64,000 nt of DNA from Minisyncoccota bacterium (GTDB taxonomy: Bacteria > Patescibacteriota > Minisyncoccia > Phycocordibacterales > DSPV01), in assembly GCA_041662545.1 (NCBI GenBank), contig JBAZSH010000003.1, forward strand, positions 1,250-65,249. Reading direction: 5' to 3'. Every line of letters starts with the position of its first letter. Position 1 is the first letter of the stretch. Below the pieces are notes generated by a model. That model saw nothing but the letters and a program-made list of their open reading frames with translations. It searched no databases and was not told where the DNA came from. Shown here piece by piece: positions 9,452 through 19,031 of the stretch. Made by a program: the position numbers and the translations under genes.

Positions 9452-10065
9452 AGCGAGGGAAATTTATTGTTGTTGATGGTGGCGAAGGGGCAGGGAAGAC
9501 CGCGGTTTTGAAATGGTTTGCTAAAATGTCGCTCGGTAAAAAATGTTTACTGACTCATGAGCCAGGCGGAACGCCGTTTGCTGATAAAATTCGCGAATTG
9601 GCGTTATCCAAAGAGGCGGGGATGGCTGGTGCTGAAACCCAATTTGGATTGATGTGGGCGGCTAGAGCCGAACATTTGCAGCATAAAATTTCGCCAGCAC
9701 TTAAAAAAGGAGTGAATGTTGTTTGTGATCGATTTGATTCAGCTACCTATGCTTACCAAATTCGCGCTCAAGGGGCGGGGTACTTGGAAAAATTGTTTTG
9801 GCAAACACGCAATGCTTTTTTGAACGACATCAAGCCAGATTTATATATTTTTTTTGATGTTGAGCCTGCGGCGGGTTTGCGACGGGTGGCGAATCGCAAA
9901 GCAAAGAAAACACATTTTGATAAAAGGAAATTAGATTTTCATAAAGAAGTTCATGCTGGCTTTCTGGATTTTTTTAAAAAAGTGCCGCATAAGATAATTG
10001 ATGCCAATCAATCACTGGAAACAGTCAAAACTGATTTTCTGGAATGTGTTAAAATGGTTTTATGA
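9448..10065 (+). CDS. tmk: Thymidylate kinase
   Basis: FIVVDGGEGAGKT P-loop typical of dTMP kinase; ATGA overlap with glyA. Confidence 0.8.
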   Translation: MKRGKFIVVDGGEGAGKTAVLKWFAKMSLGKKCLLTHEPGGTPFADKIRELALSKEAGMAGAETQFGLMWAARAEHLQHKISPALKKGVNVVCDRFDSATYAYQIRAQGAGYLEKLFWQTRNAFLNDIKPDLYIFFDVEPAAGLRRVANRKAKKTHFDKRKLDFHKEVHAGFLDFFKKVPHKIIDANQSLETVKTDFLECVKMVL

Positions 10066-11759
10066 TTGTGGAAAAAATCAAGGAGGTATTGGCGGTAGCG
10101 CTGAAAAATCTCGGGATTGAAGCCGGTGAGATTATTTTGGAGCATCCTGCTGATTTGGCAAATGGGGATTATTCTACGAATATCGCCTTGGTTTTGGCCA
10201 AGAAATTGGGGCAGAAACCGTGGGATATTGCGGAGAAGATTGTTGCAGAGGTTAAAAAAGGTCAGACCTTAAAATCAGAGAAAGGTCTGACCTTTCAAGA
10301 AATTAAGATAGCGGGGGCGGGGTTTATAAATTTTTATTTATCGCCGAAATTTTTTGCGGAAAGTATTGAAGAAATTTTGAAAGCCGGTGATGATTTTGGC
10401 AGAAACAAAAAACTAGCGGGGAAAAAAGTGATGGTGGAATACACCGACCCGAATCCATTCAAGGAATTTCACATTGGCCATTTGATGAGCAACGCTATTG
10501 GTGAATCAATCGCTCGTCTGTATGAAGCGAGCGACGCTAAAGTGGTGCGGGCTTGTTGGCAAGGTGATGTTGGACTTCATGTGGCCAAAGCAATTTGGGG
10601 TAAATTAAAAAATCCTGACGCGACTTGGGGCGAGGCTTATGTTTTCGGCACGCAAAATTATGACGACAATAAAACAGAAATTGATGCGTTCAACAAGAAA
10701 ATTTTTGAAAAATCCGATCCAGCAATCAATAAAATTTATGATGAGGGTAGGCAATGGAGTTTGGATCACTTTGAAGAAATTTATAAAAAACTTAGCACTA
10801 AATTTGACCATTACTTTTTTGAAAGCAAAGAAGGGCGAGAGGGCGAAAAGATTGTAGCTGAATTTCTGAAAAAGGGTGTGTTTGAAGAAAGCGAGGGTGC
10901 GGTGGTGTTTCGGGGAGAAAAATTTGGTTTGCACACTAGGGTTTTTATTACTTCCCAAGGATTGCCGACCTATGAAGCCAAAGAATTTGGCTTGAATAAA
11001 GCAAAGTTTGAAGTCGAGCCGGATTTATCCCAGTCAATTATTGTTACTGCCAATGAGCAGGATGATTATTTTAAAGTTGTTTTAAAAGCCATTGAGCAAA
11101 TTTATCCAAAGATTGCCGAAAAGACTAAACATATTTCTCATGGTATGTTGCGTTTTGCTTCCGGCAAAATGTCGTCGCGAACGGGTAATGTGATTACTGG
11201 TGAGTCGCTCATTACAACGACGGAAACTTTAGTAATTGAAAAAGTAAAAGAGCGGGATTTGCCAATGGCGGAAAAACAAAAAATTGCCGAGCAAGTTGGC
11301 GTTGGTGCGATTAAATATTCCATTTTGAAACAGGCGATTGGTGCAAATATTATTTATGATTTTGAAAAATCAATTTCTTTTGAAGGTGATTCTGGCCCGT
11401 ATTTACAATACGCTTATGCTCGGGCGAAGTCGGTGCTAACTAAGGCAGAAGTGATCACAGGTCAGACCTGTAAATCACAGGTCAGACCTGAAAAAACTGA
11501 AAAAAATAAGGCCGATGTTTTGGAACGCTTACTTTACCGTTTCCCGGAAGTGGTGGAGCGGGCAACGGCGGAATTTGAGCCGCACTATATCGCTACTTTT
11601 TTAATTGAATTAGCCAGCGCTTTTAATAATTTTTACGCCCATAATAAAATTATCGGTTCCGAAGAAGAAAATTATCGCTTAGTATTAACTCGTGCAGTCT
11701 CTATTGTTCTAAAAAATGGCTTATGGTTACTGGGCATCCAAGCGCCAGAAAGAATGTAA
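10062..11759 (+). CDS. argS: Arginine--tRNA ligase
   Basis: HIGH motif (FHIGHLMSN), MSSRTG (KMSKS-like), C-terminal DALR anticodon-binding region; carries two in-frame palindromic repeat insertions. Confidence 0.85.
   Translation: MIVEKIKEVLAVALKNLGIEAGEIILEHPADLANGDYSTNIALVLAKKLGQKPWDIAEKIVAEVKKGQTLKSEKGLTFQEIKIAGAGFINFYLSPKFFAESIEEILKAGDDFGRNKKLAGKKVMVEYTDPNPFKEFHIGHLMSNAIGESIARLYEASDAKVVRACWQGDVGLHVAKAIWGKLKNPDATWGEAYVFGTQNYDDNKTEIDAFNKKIFEKSDPAINKIYDEGRQWSLDHFEEIYKKLSTKFDHYFFESKEGREGEKIVAEFLKKGVFEESEGAVVFRGEKFGLHTRVFITSQGLPTYEAKEFGLNKAKFEVEPDLSQSIIVTANEQDDYFKVVLKAIEQIYPKIAEKTKHISHGMLRFASGKMSSRTGNVITGESLITTTETLVIEKVKERDLPMAEKQKIAEQVGVGAIKYSILKQAIGANIIYDFEKSISFEGDSGPYLQYAYARAKSVLTKAEVITGQTCKSQVRPEKTEKNKADVLERLLYRFPEVVERATAEFEPHYIATFLIELASAFNNFYAHNKIIGSEEENYRLVLTRAVSIVLKNGLWLLGIQAPERM
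10256..10298. repeat. About 43 bp palindromic element (arms AAAGGTCAGACCTT / AAGGTCTGACCTTT around an 11 nt spacer) in-frame inside argS
   Basis: Perfect reverse-complement arms read directly; same element family as 62454..62494. Confidence 0.6.
11454..11493. repeat. Tandem duplication (2 x 20 bp, ATCACAGGTCAGACCTG core) in-frame inside argS, sharing the GGTCAGACC palindromic core
   Basis: atcacaggtcagacctgtaa / atcacaggtcagacctgaaa direct repeat read directly. Confidence 0.6.
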
Positions 11760-11783
11760 AAAGTGTGCTAGCATATTGATTGA

Positions 11784-12791
11784 ATGAAAATCGTTATTGC
11801 TACGGGCATATACCCGCCAGAAATTGGGGGACCAGCTCAATACGCCAAGAATCTAAAGGCGGAATTTGAGGCGCAAGGCCATAGTGTTGGGGTTTTGACT
11901 TACCGATTGGAAAAAAAGTTGCCGACAGGCGTTCGCCACCTCTGGTTTTTTTTGCGGTGTCTTTGGTCTTTGCCGACAGCTGATTTTGCTGTGGCACTGG
12001 ATACTTTTAGCGCTGGTTGGCCGGCGGTGATGGCGGCAAAAATTTTAGGTAAAAAAATCGTCATCCGAACCGGCGGTGATTTTTTGTGGGAATGGTATGT
12101 GGAGCGGACAGGGGATTTGGTTTTGCTTAAGGATTTTTACCGGACTCGATTTGAAAAGTTGAATCTCAAAGAAAAAATTGTTTTTAAGCTTTCCTGTTGG
12201 ACGGTTCGCAATGCCAGCCACTTGATTTTTAGCACCGATTGGCAAAGAAAAATTTGGTTGCCAATTTACGGTTTTGACGAGACAAAAACGACGATTGTGG
12301 AAAATCATTATGGGCCGAAAGAATTATCTCTTCCGCCCACAGAGAAAAATTTTCTTGCTGGCACTCGGCCGCTTAAATGGAAAAATGCCAAGCGTTTAGC
12401 GGTGGCATTTGCCAAGGATCACATTAAAAGCGCCCAGATTGTTTATGACGATACCACCAAACCGTTTGAAAAGTTTATGGACAAGGTTGCCCATTGTTAC
12501 GCTGTGATTTTAGTGTCACTTGGTGATGTCAGTCCCAATTTAATTTTAGACGCCATTCGCCACAACAAGCCGTTTATTTTAACCAAAGAAACCGGTTTTT
12601 ATGATAAGCTGAAAGATGTGGGACTTTTTGTTGACCCGGAAAATATTGATGATATTGCCGAAAAGATTTTATATTTGGCTGATGAGAAAAATTATGTGCA
12701 ATGTCGGAAAAAGATTGAAAATTTTAATTTTACTCACACTTGGCGTCAAATTACCGACGAATTTTTAGCAGTTTACAAAAATCTCCGATGA
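11784..12791 (+). CDS. Glycosyltransferase, GT-B fold (GT4-like)
   Basis: N-terminus MKIVIATGIYPPEIGGPAQYAKNL typical of Glyco_trans_4 N-domain. Confidence 0.55.
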   Translation: MKIVIATGIYPPEIGGPAQYAKNLKAEFEAQGHSVGVLTYRLEKKLPTGVRHLWFFLRCLWSLPTADFAVALDTFSAGWPAVMAAKILGKKIVIRTGGDFLWEWYVERTGDLVLLKDFYRTRFEKLNLKEKIVFKLSCWTVRNASHLIFSTDWQRKIWLPIYGFDETKTTIVENHYGPKELSLPPTEKNFLAGTRPLKWKNAKRLAVAFAKDHIKSAQIVYDDTTKPFEKFMDKVAHCYAVILVSLGDVSPNLILDAIRHNKPFILTKETGFYDKLKDVGLFVDPENIDDIAEKILYLADEKNYVQCRKKIENFNFTHTWRQITDEFLAVYKNLR

Positions 12792-13786
12792 AAGTTTTAA
12801 TGATTTCCACCGATCGGAATATTTTTAAAGAAGATAGTGCTGTTCGAGCACGGATGATTGAGTATGGTAAAAATTATGATGAGTTGCACATTATAATTTT
12901 TAGCAAAAAAATAACATCAGAAACCAAAATTGCCGAAAATGTTTTTATCTACCCGACCAATTCATCATCAAAGTTTTTCTACATTTCAGATGCGATAAAA
13001 ATTGGCAAAAAGATTTTGCGCTCAGGAGGTTTCCAGTTGACTTGCCAAGATCCATTTGAGTGTGGGTTTGTTGGTTGGAAGCTATCTAGGAAATTGAAAA
13101 TTCCATTGGAACTGCAAATCCATACCGATATTGGTAGTCCTTATTTTACAAGCTTAAAATTGGGCTGGAGCTTGGCTTTTTTGAATTTTACGCGTTTCCA
13201 AATAGCGAAATTTTTATTACCCAAAGCTGATAAAATTAGGGTGGTTTCTGTAAGAATCAAAAATTTTCTTTTAACCCGAGAAATTGCTACAAACAAAATT
13301 GAAGTTAGGCCGATAAAAATTAATCTAAAAACAGATGGTTTACCAAAACAATATCCCCAATTTGATTTTATCGCCCTAGCTGTTGGCCGATTGGAACCGG
13401 AGAAAAATATAAGTTTGGCGATTGATGCTTGGCAAGAAGTTGTTAAAAAATTTCCCCGCGCCGGATTAATAATCGTCGGTTCCGGCTCAGAGTTAAAGTT
13501 TTTAAAGTCTAAAGTCCAAAGTTTAAAGTTGGGTAATAATATAGCGTTTGAGAGTTGGACGGAAAATCTAGCTGTTTATTACAAAACTGCCGATGTTTTT
13601 CTCAATACTTCTTTTTATGAGGGCTATGGGATGGCTTTGGCCGAAGCAACTACCGCCGATTGCCCGATTGTTTCTTCTGATGTTGGAGCGGTGAATGAAA
13701 TTTTGCAGAGCAATCGAAGGTTAGCTGTTTGTCCAATTGGGGATAAAAATTGTTTTGTTGCTAAAATAACTGAACTATTCAAATAA
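12788..13786 (+). CDS. Glycosyltransferase, GT4 family
   Basis: MKVLMISTDRNIF start (ATGA overlap with upstream GT); C-terminal EGYGMALAEA(T) GT4 sugar-donor motif. Confidence 0.55.
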   Translation: MKVLMISTDRNIFKEDSAVRARMIEYGKNYDELHIIIFSKKITSETKIAENVFIYPTNSSSKFFYISDAIKIGKKILRSGGFQLTCQDPFECGFVGWKLSRKLKIPLELQIHTDIGSPYFTSLKLGWSLAFLNFTRFQIAKFLLPKADKIRVVSVRIKNFLLTREIATNKIEVRPIKINLKTDGLPKQYPQFDFIALAVGRLEPEKNISLAIDAWQEVVKKFPRAGLIIVGSGSELKFLKSKVQSLKLGNNIAFESWTENLAVYYKTADVFLNTSFYEGYGMALAEATTADCPIVSSDVGAVNEILQSNRRLAVCPIGDKNCFVAKITELFK

Positions 13787-13812
13787 ATTTTTTCGTGTAG
13801 AATGTTGTCATT

Positions 13813-14682
13813 ATGAATAATAAGCCTTTAATTGGTTTTATTGGTCAGGGTTTTGTGGGTAAAAGCTATGCCGACGATTTCGAAAAACGGGGTTTTTCGG
13901 TAGTTCGCTATGCCAGGGAAAAATCTTTTGTGATCAATAACGAAAAAATAAAAAAATGCGATATGGTTTTTGTCGCTGTGCCAACCCCCACAACACCAAA
14001 AGGTTTTGACGTTAGCATTGTTCAAGATGTGATTAAACTTGTCGGTGTCGGAAAAATTGTTATTATTAAGTCAACAATTTTGCCGGGAACTACTAAAACA
14101 CTTCAAAAAAAATATCCTAGTAGGATAATTTTACACTCACCGGAATTTCTTAGTGAATTGACTGCGGCTAAGGAAGCAGCCAATCCTTTTTCAAATATTA
14201 TCGGTATGGCCAAAAATTCCGTTCGCCATAAAAAAGCGGCCAAACAAGTGATGTCGGTTTTGCCGAAATCGCCGTTCAATCTGATTTGCATTGCCGAAGA
14301 GGCCGAATTGTTCAAATATATTCACAATGCCAGTGGCTATACCCAAATTATTTTCTTCAATTTAATGTATGATTTAGCTAAAGCCGTTGGTGCTGATTGG
14401 CAGGTGATTGAATCGGCGGTTAAAGCTGATCCTTACATTCCCAATCGTTATGCCAGACCTGTCCACAAAAGTGGCCGAGGTGCCGGCGGGCATTGTTTTA
14501 TTAAGGACTTCGCAGCACTTTCAGCTCTTTATTGCCGATTATTCACTAATTCTAAAGGCTGTACCCTTTTTGGGGTGACCGCGGCGAAGAATATAGAATT
14601 GCTTATTGAAAGCGGTAAGGATTTAGATATTTTGAAGAATACTTATGGCAATGAAATTATTGATTCTTACTCAAAAAATTAA
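13813..14682 (+). CDS. Nucleotide-sugar (UDP-glucose/GDP-mannose) dehydrogenase family protein, short form lacking C-terminal domain
   Basis: GFIGQGFVGKS Rossmann motif, VFVAVPTP, SPEFLSE, catalytic GRGAGGHCFIKD (GGxCxxKD); only 289 aa. Confidence 0.5.
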   Translation: MNNKPLIGFIGQGFVGKSYADDFEKRGFSVVRYAREKSFVINNEKIKKCDMVFVAVPTPTTPKGFDVSIVQDVIKLVGVGKIVIIKSTILPGTTKTLQKKYPSRIILHSPEFLSELTAAKEAANPFSNIIGMAKNSVRHKKAAKQVMSVLPKSPFNLICIAEEAELFKYIHNASGYTQIIFFNLMYDLAKAVGADWQVIESAVKADPYIPNRYARPVHKSGRGAGGHCFIKDFAALSALYCRLFTNSKGCTLFGVTAAKNIELLIESGKDLDILKNTYGNEIIDSYSKN

Positions 14683-15700
14683 TAAAGCCGATCCGGTACT
14701 TGGTTTTTTCCACCGCTGGCTTTTGGCATTTGCCACGAATTTTGAAAAAATCACCGTGATTTGCCTTGAGCTTGGCGAATATGATTTGCCAGCTAATGTT
14801 CAAGTTCTTTCTCTTGGAAAAGAACAAGGAAAATCTCGCGTGAAATATCTGAGAAATTTCTACAAATACATTTGGCAAACAAGGCATGACTACGATGTTG
14901 TGTTTGTTCATATGAATCAAGAATATATTCTACTGGGCGCGCTGATTTGGAAAATTTTGGGTAAGAAAACAGCTTTTTGGTATAATCATACTTGCGGTAA
15001 TTTTTTGACCAAAATCGCAATGTTTATGGCGGACATTGTTTGTCACACTTCGCCTTTCGCCTATACCGCTGGTACAAAAAAATCTAGACGAATGCCAGCT
15101 GGTATTGATATGACATTTTTTAAGCCAGACGAAAAAATAAGTCAAAAGTCAAAAAACATAATGTATATTGGTCGGATTGCGCCGTTAAAAAAAGTAGATG
15201 TCTTGATTGAAGCGGCAAGAATTTTGGATAGAGAGGAAATAGATTTTGTTTTGGATATTTACGGCGCCGCGCTTGACAAGGATAGCGATTATTTTGATCA
15301 ACTTAAAAAGAGTTCGGCGGAACTTCAAGCCAAAGGCAAACTTTTCTTCCGCGGCGCCGTCTCAAACCAATTAACACCAGAAATTTTTAACTCTCACTTG
15401 ATCTCTGTGAATCTAACTCCAAGAGGTAATTACGACAAAACGGTTTTGGAAGGTATGGCCTGTGGCACTTTGCCTTTGGTGTCCAGCCCGGCTTTTAATG
15501 ATATTATTCCAGTGGAATTTCGGTTCAAAGAAAACGAGGCTGATGATTTGGTGGAAAAAATTGAGTCTGTTTTTTCTCTTTCAGAAACAGCAGTGACCCA
15601 ACATGGTAGTAATTGCCGACAGGCAGTAGGGCAGAATCACGATTTAGTTTTGTTAGCCACTAATTTGGCAACACTTTTCAATAGTCCACAAGCGTGTTAA
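14645..15700 (+). CDS. Glycosyltransferase, GT4 family
   Basis: EGMACGTLPLVSS motif (E-x7-E region of GT4). Confidence 0.6.
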   Translation: MAMKLLILTQKINKADPVLGFFHRWLLAFATNFEKITVICLELGEYDLPANVQVLSLGKEQGKSRVKYLRNFYKYIWQTRHDYDVVFVHMNQEYILLGALIWKILGKKTAFWYNHTCGNFLTKIAMFMADIVCHTSPFAYTAGTKKSRRMPAGIDMTFFKPDEKISQKSKNIMYIGRIAPLKKVDVLIEAARILDREEIDFVLDIYGAALDKDSDYFDQLKKSSAELQAKGKLFFRGAVSNQLTPEIFNSHLISVNLTPRGNYDKTVLEGMACGTLPLVSSPAFNDIIPVEFRFKENEADDLVEKIESVFSLSETAVTQHGSNCRQAVGQNHDLVLLATNLATLFNSPQAC

Positions 15701-15710
15701 AGTTTTTGTT

Positions 15711-16841
15711 ATGAAAATTTATTATGTTGCTAATGTCAGATGGCCAACTTCTAGGGCACACGGCATTCAGCTTGCCAAGATGAGCGAGGCGCTGATGGAA
15801 GAGGGCGTCGATTTAACACTAATTGTGCCCAATCGAGGCGAAGGTGACCCACAAACTTTCTACGGTTTGCGTCAACCGATTCCGGTGATCAGAATTCCTA
15901 ATTTAAACCTTGGCAACAGCGCCCTCGGTTTTAATCTCTCAGCGTTTTTTTTCGCTGTCAACTCTTTTTTGTTTTTACTATTCCGTCGTTTGGAAAAAGA
16001 CACAATACTTTATACCATTGATTTGGATAATCTCTCTTTTTTTCTTCTGCCGTTTTTGGGCCGGCCGGTTTTTGCCGAAGTTCACGGTTCCAAGAAATTA
16101 AGTTTTTTTTCCAAAATCTTCTTTAGCAAGATCTCTGGAGTTTTTGCGGTTAGTGAGGGAGTAAAATCAAGCTTAATCAAAAGTTTCAATTTATCGCTGG
16201 AAAAGATTATCGTTTGTCCCAACGGTATTGATTTTCAAATGTTTGAAAACTTGCCGGCGGCTGAAACCATTAGGCAAAAATTAAATTTTCCCAAAGGGCC
16301 AGTATTTTTATATGTTGGCCGATTTTATAACTGGAAAGGTCTTGAAGTTTTGCCAGCTGCTGCTGAAAAAGTCGGCGAGAAGGCTTCAATTGTTTTGGTT
16401 GGCGGCAGCGCCACTGAATTTAGTCGGATTACTGGAGAAAAAAAATTGCCAGCCAACCTGATTTTTGCGGGTATTCAGCCATTTTCCGAAATTCCTCTTT
16501 GGCTGAATGCCGCTGATTTTCTGTTAGTGACAGCAACGAAAAAAGACGAATATTCTTATCACGAAACTTCGCCGATGAAATTGTTTGAATATTTGGCGAC
16601 AGGCAAGCCGATTATTGCCGCCAAGACTCCCGCCATAGGTAATGTGGTATCGGCAGAGGAAGTTATCTTTTATGAGCCGGATGATGTGGCTGATTTAATT
16701 AAACAAATGAATTTTGTTCTTGATAATCAAAATGTTTGTGATGCTAAAGCTCAGCGAGCTTTAGCAAAAGCCAAAGAATTTTCTTGGCAAAAGCGGGCAG
16801 AAAGAGTTTTGGCGTTAATGAATAAGAAAATAAAAAAATGA
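15711..16841 (+). CDS. Glycosyltransferase, GT4 family
   Basis: FEYLATGKPIIAAKTPAIGNVV GT4 C-domain motif. Confidence 0.6.
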   Translation: MKIYYVANVRWPTSRAHGIQLAKMSEALMEEGVDLTLIVPNRGEGDPQTFYGLRQPIPVIRIPNLNLGNSALGFNLSAFFFAVNSFLFLLFRRLEKDTILYTIDLDNLSFFLLPFLGRPVFAEVHGSKKLSFFSKIFFSKISGVFAVSEGVKSSLIKSFNLSLEKIIVCPNGIDFQMFENLPAAETIRQKLNFPKGPVFLYVGRFYNWKGLEVLPAAAEKVGEKASIVLVGGSATEFSRITGEKKLPANLIFAGIQPFSEIPLWLNAADFLLVTATKKDEYSYHETSPMKLFEYLATGKPIIAAKTPAIGNVVSAEEVIFYEPDDVADLIKQMNFVLDNQNVCDAKAQRALAKAKEFSWQKRAERVLALMNKKIKK

Positions 16842-19027
16842 AAATAGGCATTATTTTATATCCGTATGAGGAAGAAAAACCAGGTGGTTTGGCCAGGACT
16901 ATTTACGAATGGGCGCAAGCTCTTGTTAAAATTGATTCAAAAAACGAATATATAATTTATTTCAAGAACAAACCTAAGATTTTTCCGGCTTTTATTAATG
17001 GCAAAAATTGTCGGGTTGTTGTAGTCGGGGGTGGGTTTTTTTGGCATGAAATGCTGCGATTTAAAGAGCATTCGGATATCTACATTTTTCAAACGCCGAT
17101 TTTGCCGATTACATTTACGCCGCATTCAGTTGTAATTATTCAGGATTTTCCATATTTACATTTAAAAACATCATCGTTGTTTAAAAAAATATTTTTTAAA
17201 TTTATTTTTTATTATCATCGTTATTCTATAAAGAAATCAGAAGTACTAATCGCTGTGTCTGACAACACAAAAAAAGAACTGGTCAGTTTGTTCAAAGTTT
17301 CACCGAAGAAAATTACGCGGGTGTATATGGGTTTTAAAAAAATGTCTGAAGTTACAGAAGAGCCCATAATGCTTCCCGGCGCTTTTTTCTTTTTCGCTGG
17401 TGTAATAAAAGAACGAAAGAATGTTAAACGAGCAATTGAAGCTTTCGCTATTTTTCTAAAAAATCATAAAGAAAGCGAATTAAATTTTGTGTTGGCAGGA
17501 AGAGCTGAGGGGCGATATTTCGAAGAAATTAAAGAATTTATCGATAGGGAAAAAATTACCGAGAAAATCCATTTTGTAGGACATCTCACCGATGGCCAAC
17601 TTTCTTATGTTTATCGGCGAGCGACCGCCTTTGTTTTTCCAAGCATCGTAGAGAGTTTCGGTTTTCCGGTGCTTGAAGCGATGAGTTGCGGTGTGCCGGT
17701 TATTACCTCAAATATTTTTGGGCCAGCCGAATTAGGCGCTAATGGTGCGGCAGTTTTGATAAATCCTTATGAGCCAAAGGAGATGGCCGAAGCCATGGAA
17801 AAAATTGTTTTTTCAGATGCGTTTCGTAGAGAGTTAATTGAAAAATCTCGCGAGCAGTTGAAACTTTTTTCTTGGGAAAATACTGGCCGAGAGACTTTGG
17901 TTTTGCTTGAAAAAATAGCTAAGCCGAAATCGCCAAAAATTTGTTTTGTCACCCACAATGTAAGTTTTTACAATGGCGGCGGAGTTTTAGCTCGAAACAT
18001 AATTTCGCGGCTGAAAATCGCTTTGTCCGCTAGCGCTCAAGTGTTAACGGCCGAGAACAGTGGTTTTCCGGATGAGTTACCACTTTTGTCCAGACATTGG
18101 TTTTTATCACCGTTCAAAATTTTCTCTATCTTGAAAGCGATTCGCTCTGCCGACTTCATCCACGCTTTTGATGTTTTTCCTTACGGATTTATCGCGGCAT
18201 TGTTTTCTTTGGGTAGCAATGCCCGATTAATTATTACTGTCGCCGGCACCGGCGCGATTCGGTATTTGTATCTTCCTCTTATTTATCCTTTGGCTAAGTT
18301 TGCTTATTGTCGGGCAGATAAAATTATTGCCATTAGTCAATTTACCAAAGATGAGATTTTGAATCGAATTCCTGGGTTGGCCATCTCGGTTATTAATCCG
18401 GGAATAGATTTATCGGTTTTTGGCAAAATACCAGACGAAAAATTCTTAGCCAAAACGAAAAAGTTTCAACCCTTCATTCTAAGTGTTGGTTCAATTCGTT
18501 TTCGCAAAGGTTATAAGCGAAGTATCCAAGCTTTCAAGAAGGTTTCAGAGATTTTCCCCGATCTTCATTATGTCATCATTGGAAAAAAATATACCGATAA
18601 AGAATATAATCGGCTGAAAAAATTAATCGATGAGCTTGATTTAAAAGAAAAAGTTTTCTTTGTTGAGGATATTGAGACCGATGAAGAATTAGCGGCGTTT
18701 TATCATGGGGCGAAATTATTTGGTTTGATGTCTCTGAATGTTGGTCACGATGTTGAAGGTTTTGGCATTGTTTTCACCGAAGCAGCGGCAGCCGGTTTGC
18801 CGGTGGTCGGCAGTAAAGATTGTGGTGTTGAAGATAGCGTGAAAGATGGTGCTAATGGATTTTTGGTGGCTGAAGATGATGTGGAAGGTTTTGCTGACGC
18901 AGTTATAAAAATTTTAAAAGACGAAGAACTTTACGCAAAAATGTCAGTTTGTTCAAAAAATTTCGCCAATCAATTTTCTTGGGAGAAAAAAATTGCTAAA
19001 TATATTAAATTGTGTTATATTGCGTAA
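16838..19027 (+). CDS. Tandem double-domain GT4 glycosyltransferase (two complete GT-B modules fused)
   Basis: Two separate GT4 C-domain motifs: [19 protein letters not shown] (first half) and [20 protein letters not shown] (second half); 729 aa. Confidence 0.6.
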   Translation: MKIGIILYPYEEEKPGGLARTIYEWAQALVKIDSKNEYIIYFKNKPKIFPAFINGKNCRVVVVGGGFFWHEMLRFKEHSDIYIFQTPILPITFTPHSVVIIQDFPYLHLKTSSLFKKIFFKFIFYYHRYSIKKSEVLIAVSDNTKKELVSLFKVSPKKITRVYMGFKKMSEVTEEPIMLPGAFFFFAGVIKERKNVKRAIEAFAIFLKNHKESELNFVLAGRAEGRYFEEIKEFIDREKITEKIHFVGHLTDGQLSYVYRRATAFVFPSIVESFGFPVLEAMSCGVPVITSNIFGPAELGANGAAVLINPYEPKEMAEAMEKIVFSDAFRRELIEKSREQLKLFSWENTGRETLVLLEKIAKPKSPKICFVTHNVSFYNGGGVLARNIISRLKIALSASAQVLTAENSGFPDELPLLSRHWFLSPFKIFSILKAIRSADFIHAFDVFPYGFIAALFSLGSNARLIITVAGTGAIRYLYLPLIYPLAKFAYCRADKIIAISQFTKDEILNRIPGLAISVINPGIDLSVFGKIPDEKFLAKTKKFQPFILSVGSIRFRKGYKRSIQAFKKVSEIFPDLHYVIIGKKYTDKEYNRLKKLIDELDLKEKVFFVEDIETDEELAAFYHGAKLFGLMSLNVGHDVEGFGIVFTEAAAAGLPVVGSKDCGVEDSVKDGANGFLVAEDDVEGFADAVIKILKDEELYAKMSVCSKNFANQFSWEKKIAKYIKLCYIA

Positions 19028-19031
19028 CATT

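Noticed and set aside
11454-11493. Possible CRISPR-like repeat
   Set aside because: Only two copies with a 20 bp period, no spacers, in-frame inside argS. No cas genes anywhere in the window.
13490-13535. Apparent TAAAGT-rich repeat (ttaaagtttttaaagtctaaagtccaaagtttaaagtt)
   Set aside because: It is a low-complexity coding stretch (LKFLKSKVQSLKL) inside a GT4 gene, not a discrete repeat element.
18993-19031. Upstream extension of gmd ([13 protein letters not shown]...) and similar long N-terminal extensions of ORFs at 40002, 45757, 47859 and 29415
   Set aside because: The extensions overlap the preceding gene's coding sequence by 30-270 nt. Homolog N-termini (for example gmd [11 protein letters not shown]) begin at internal ATGs right after the upstream stop.
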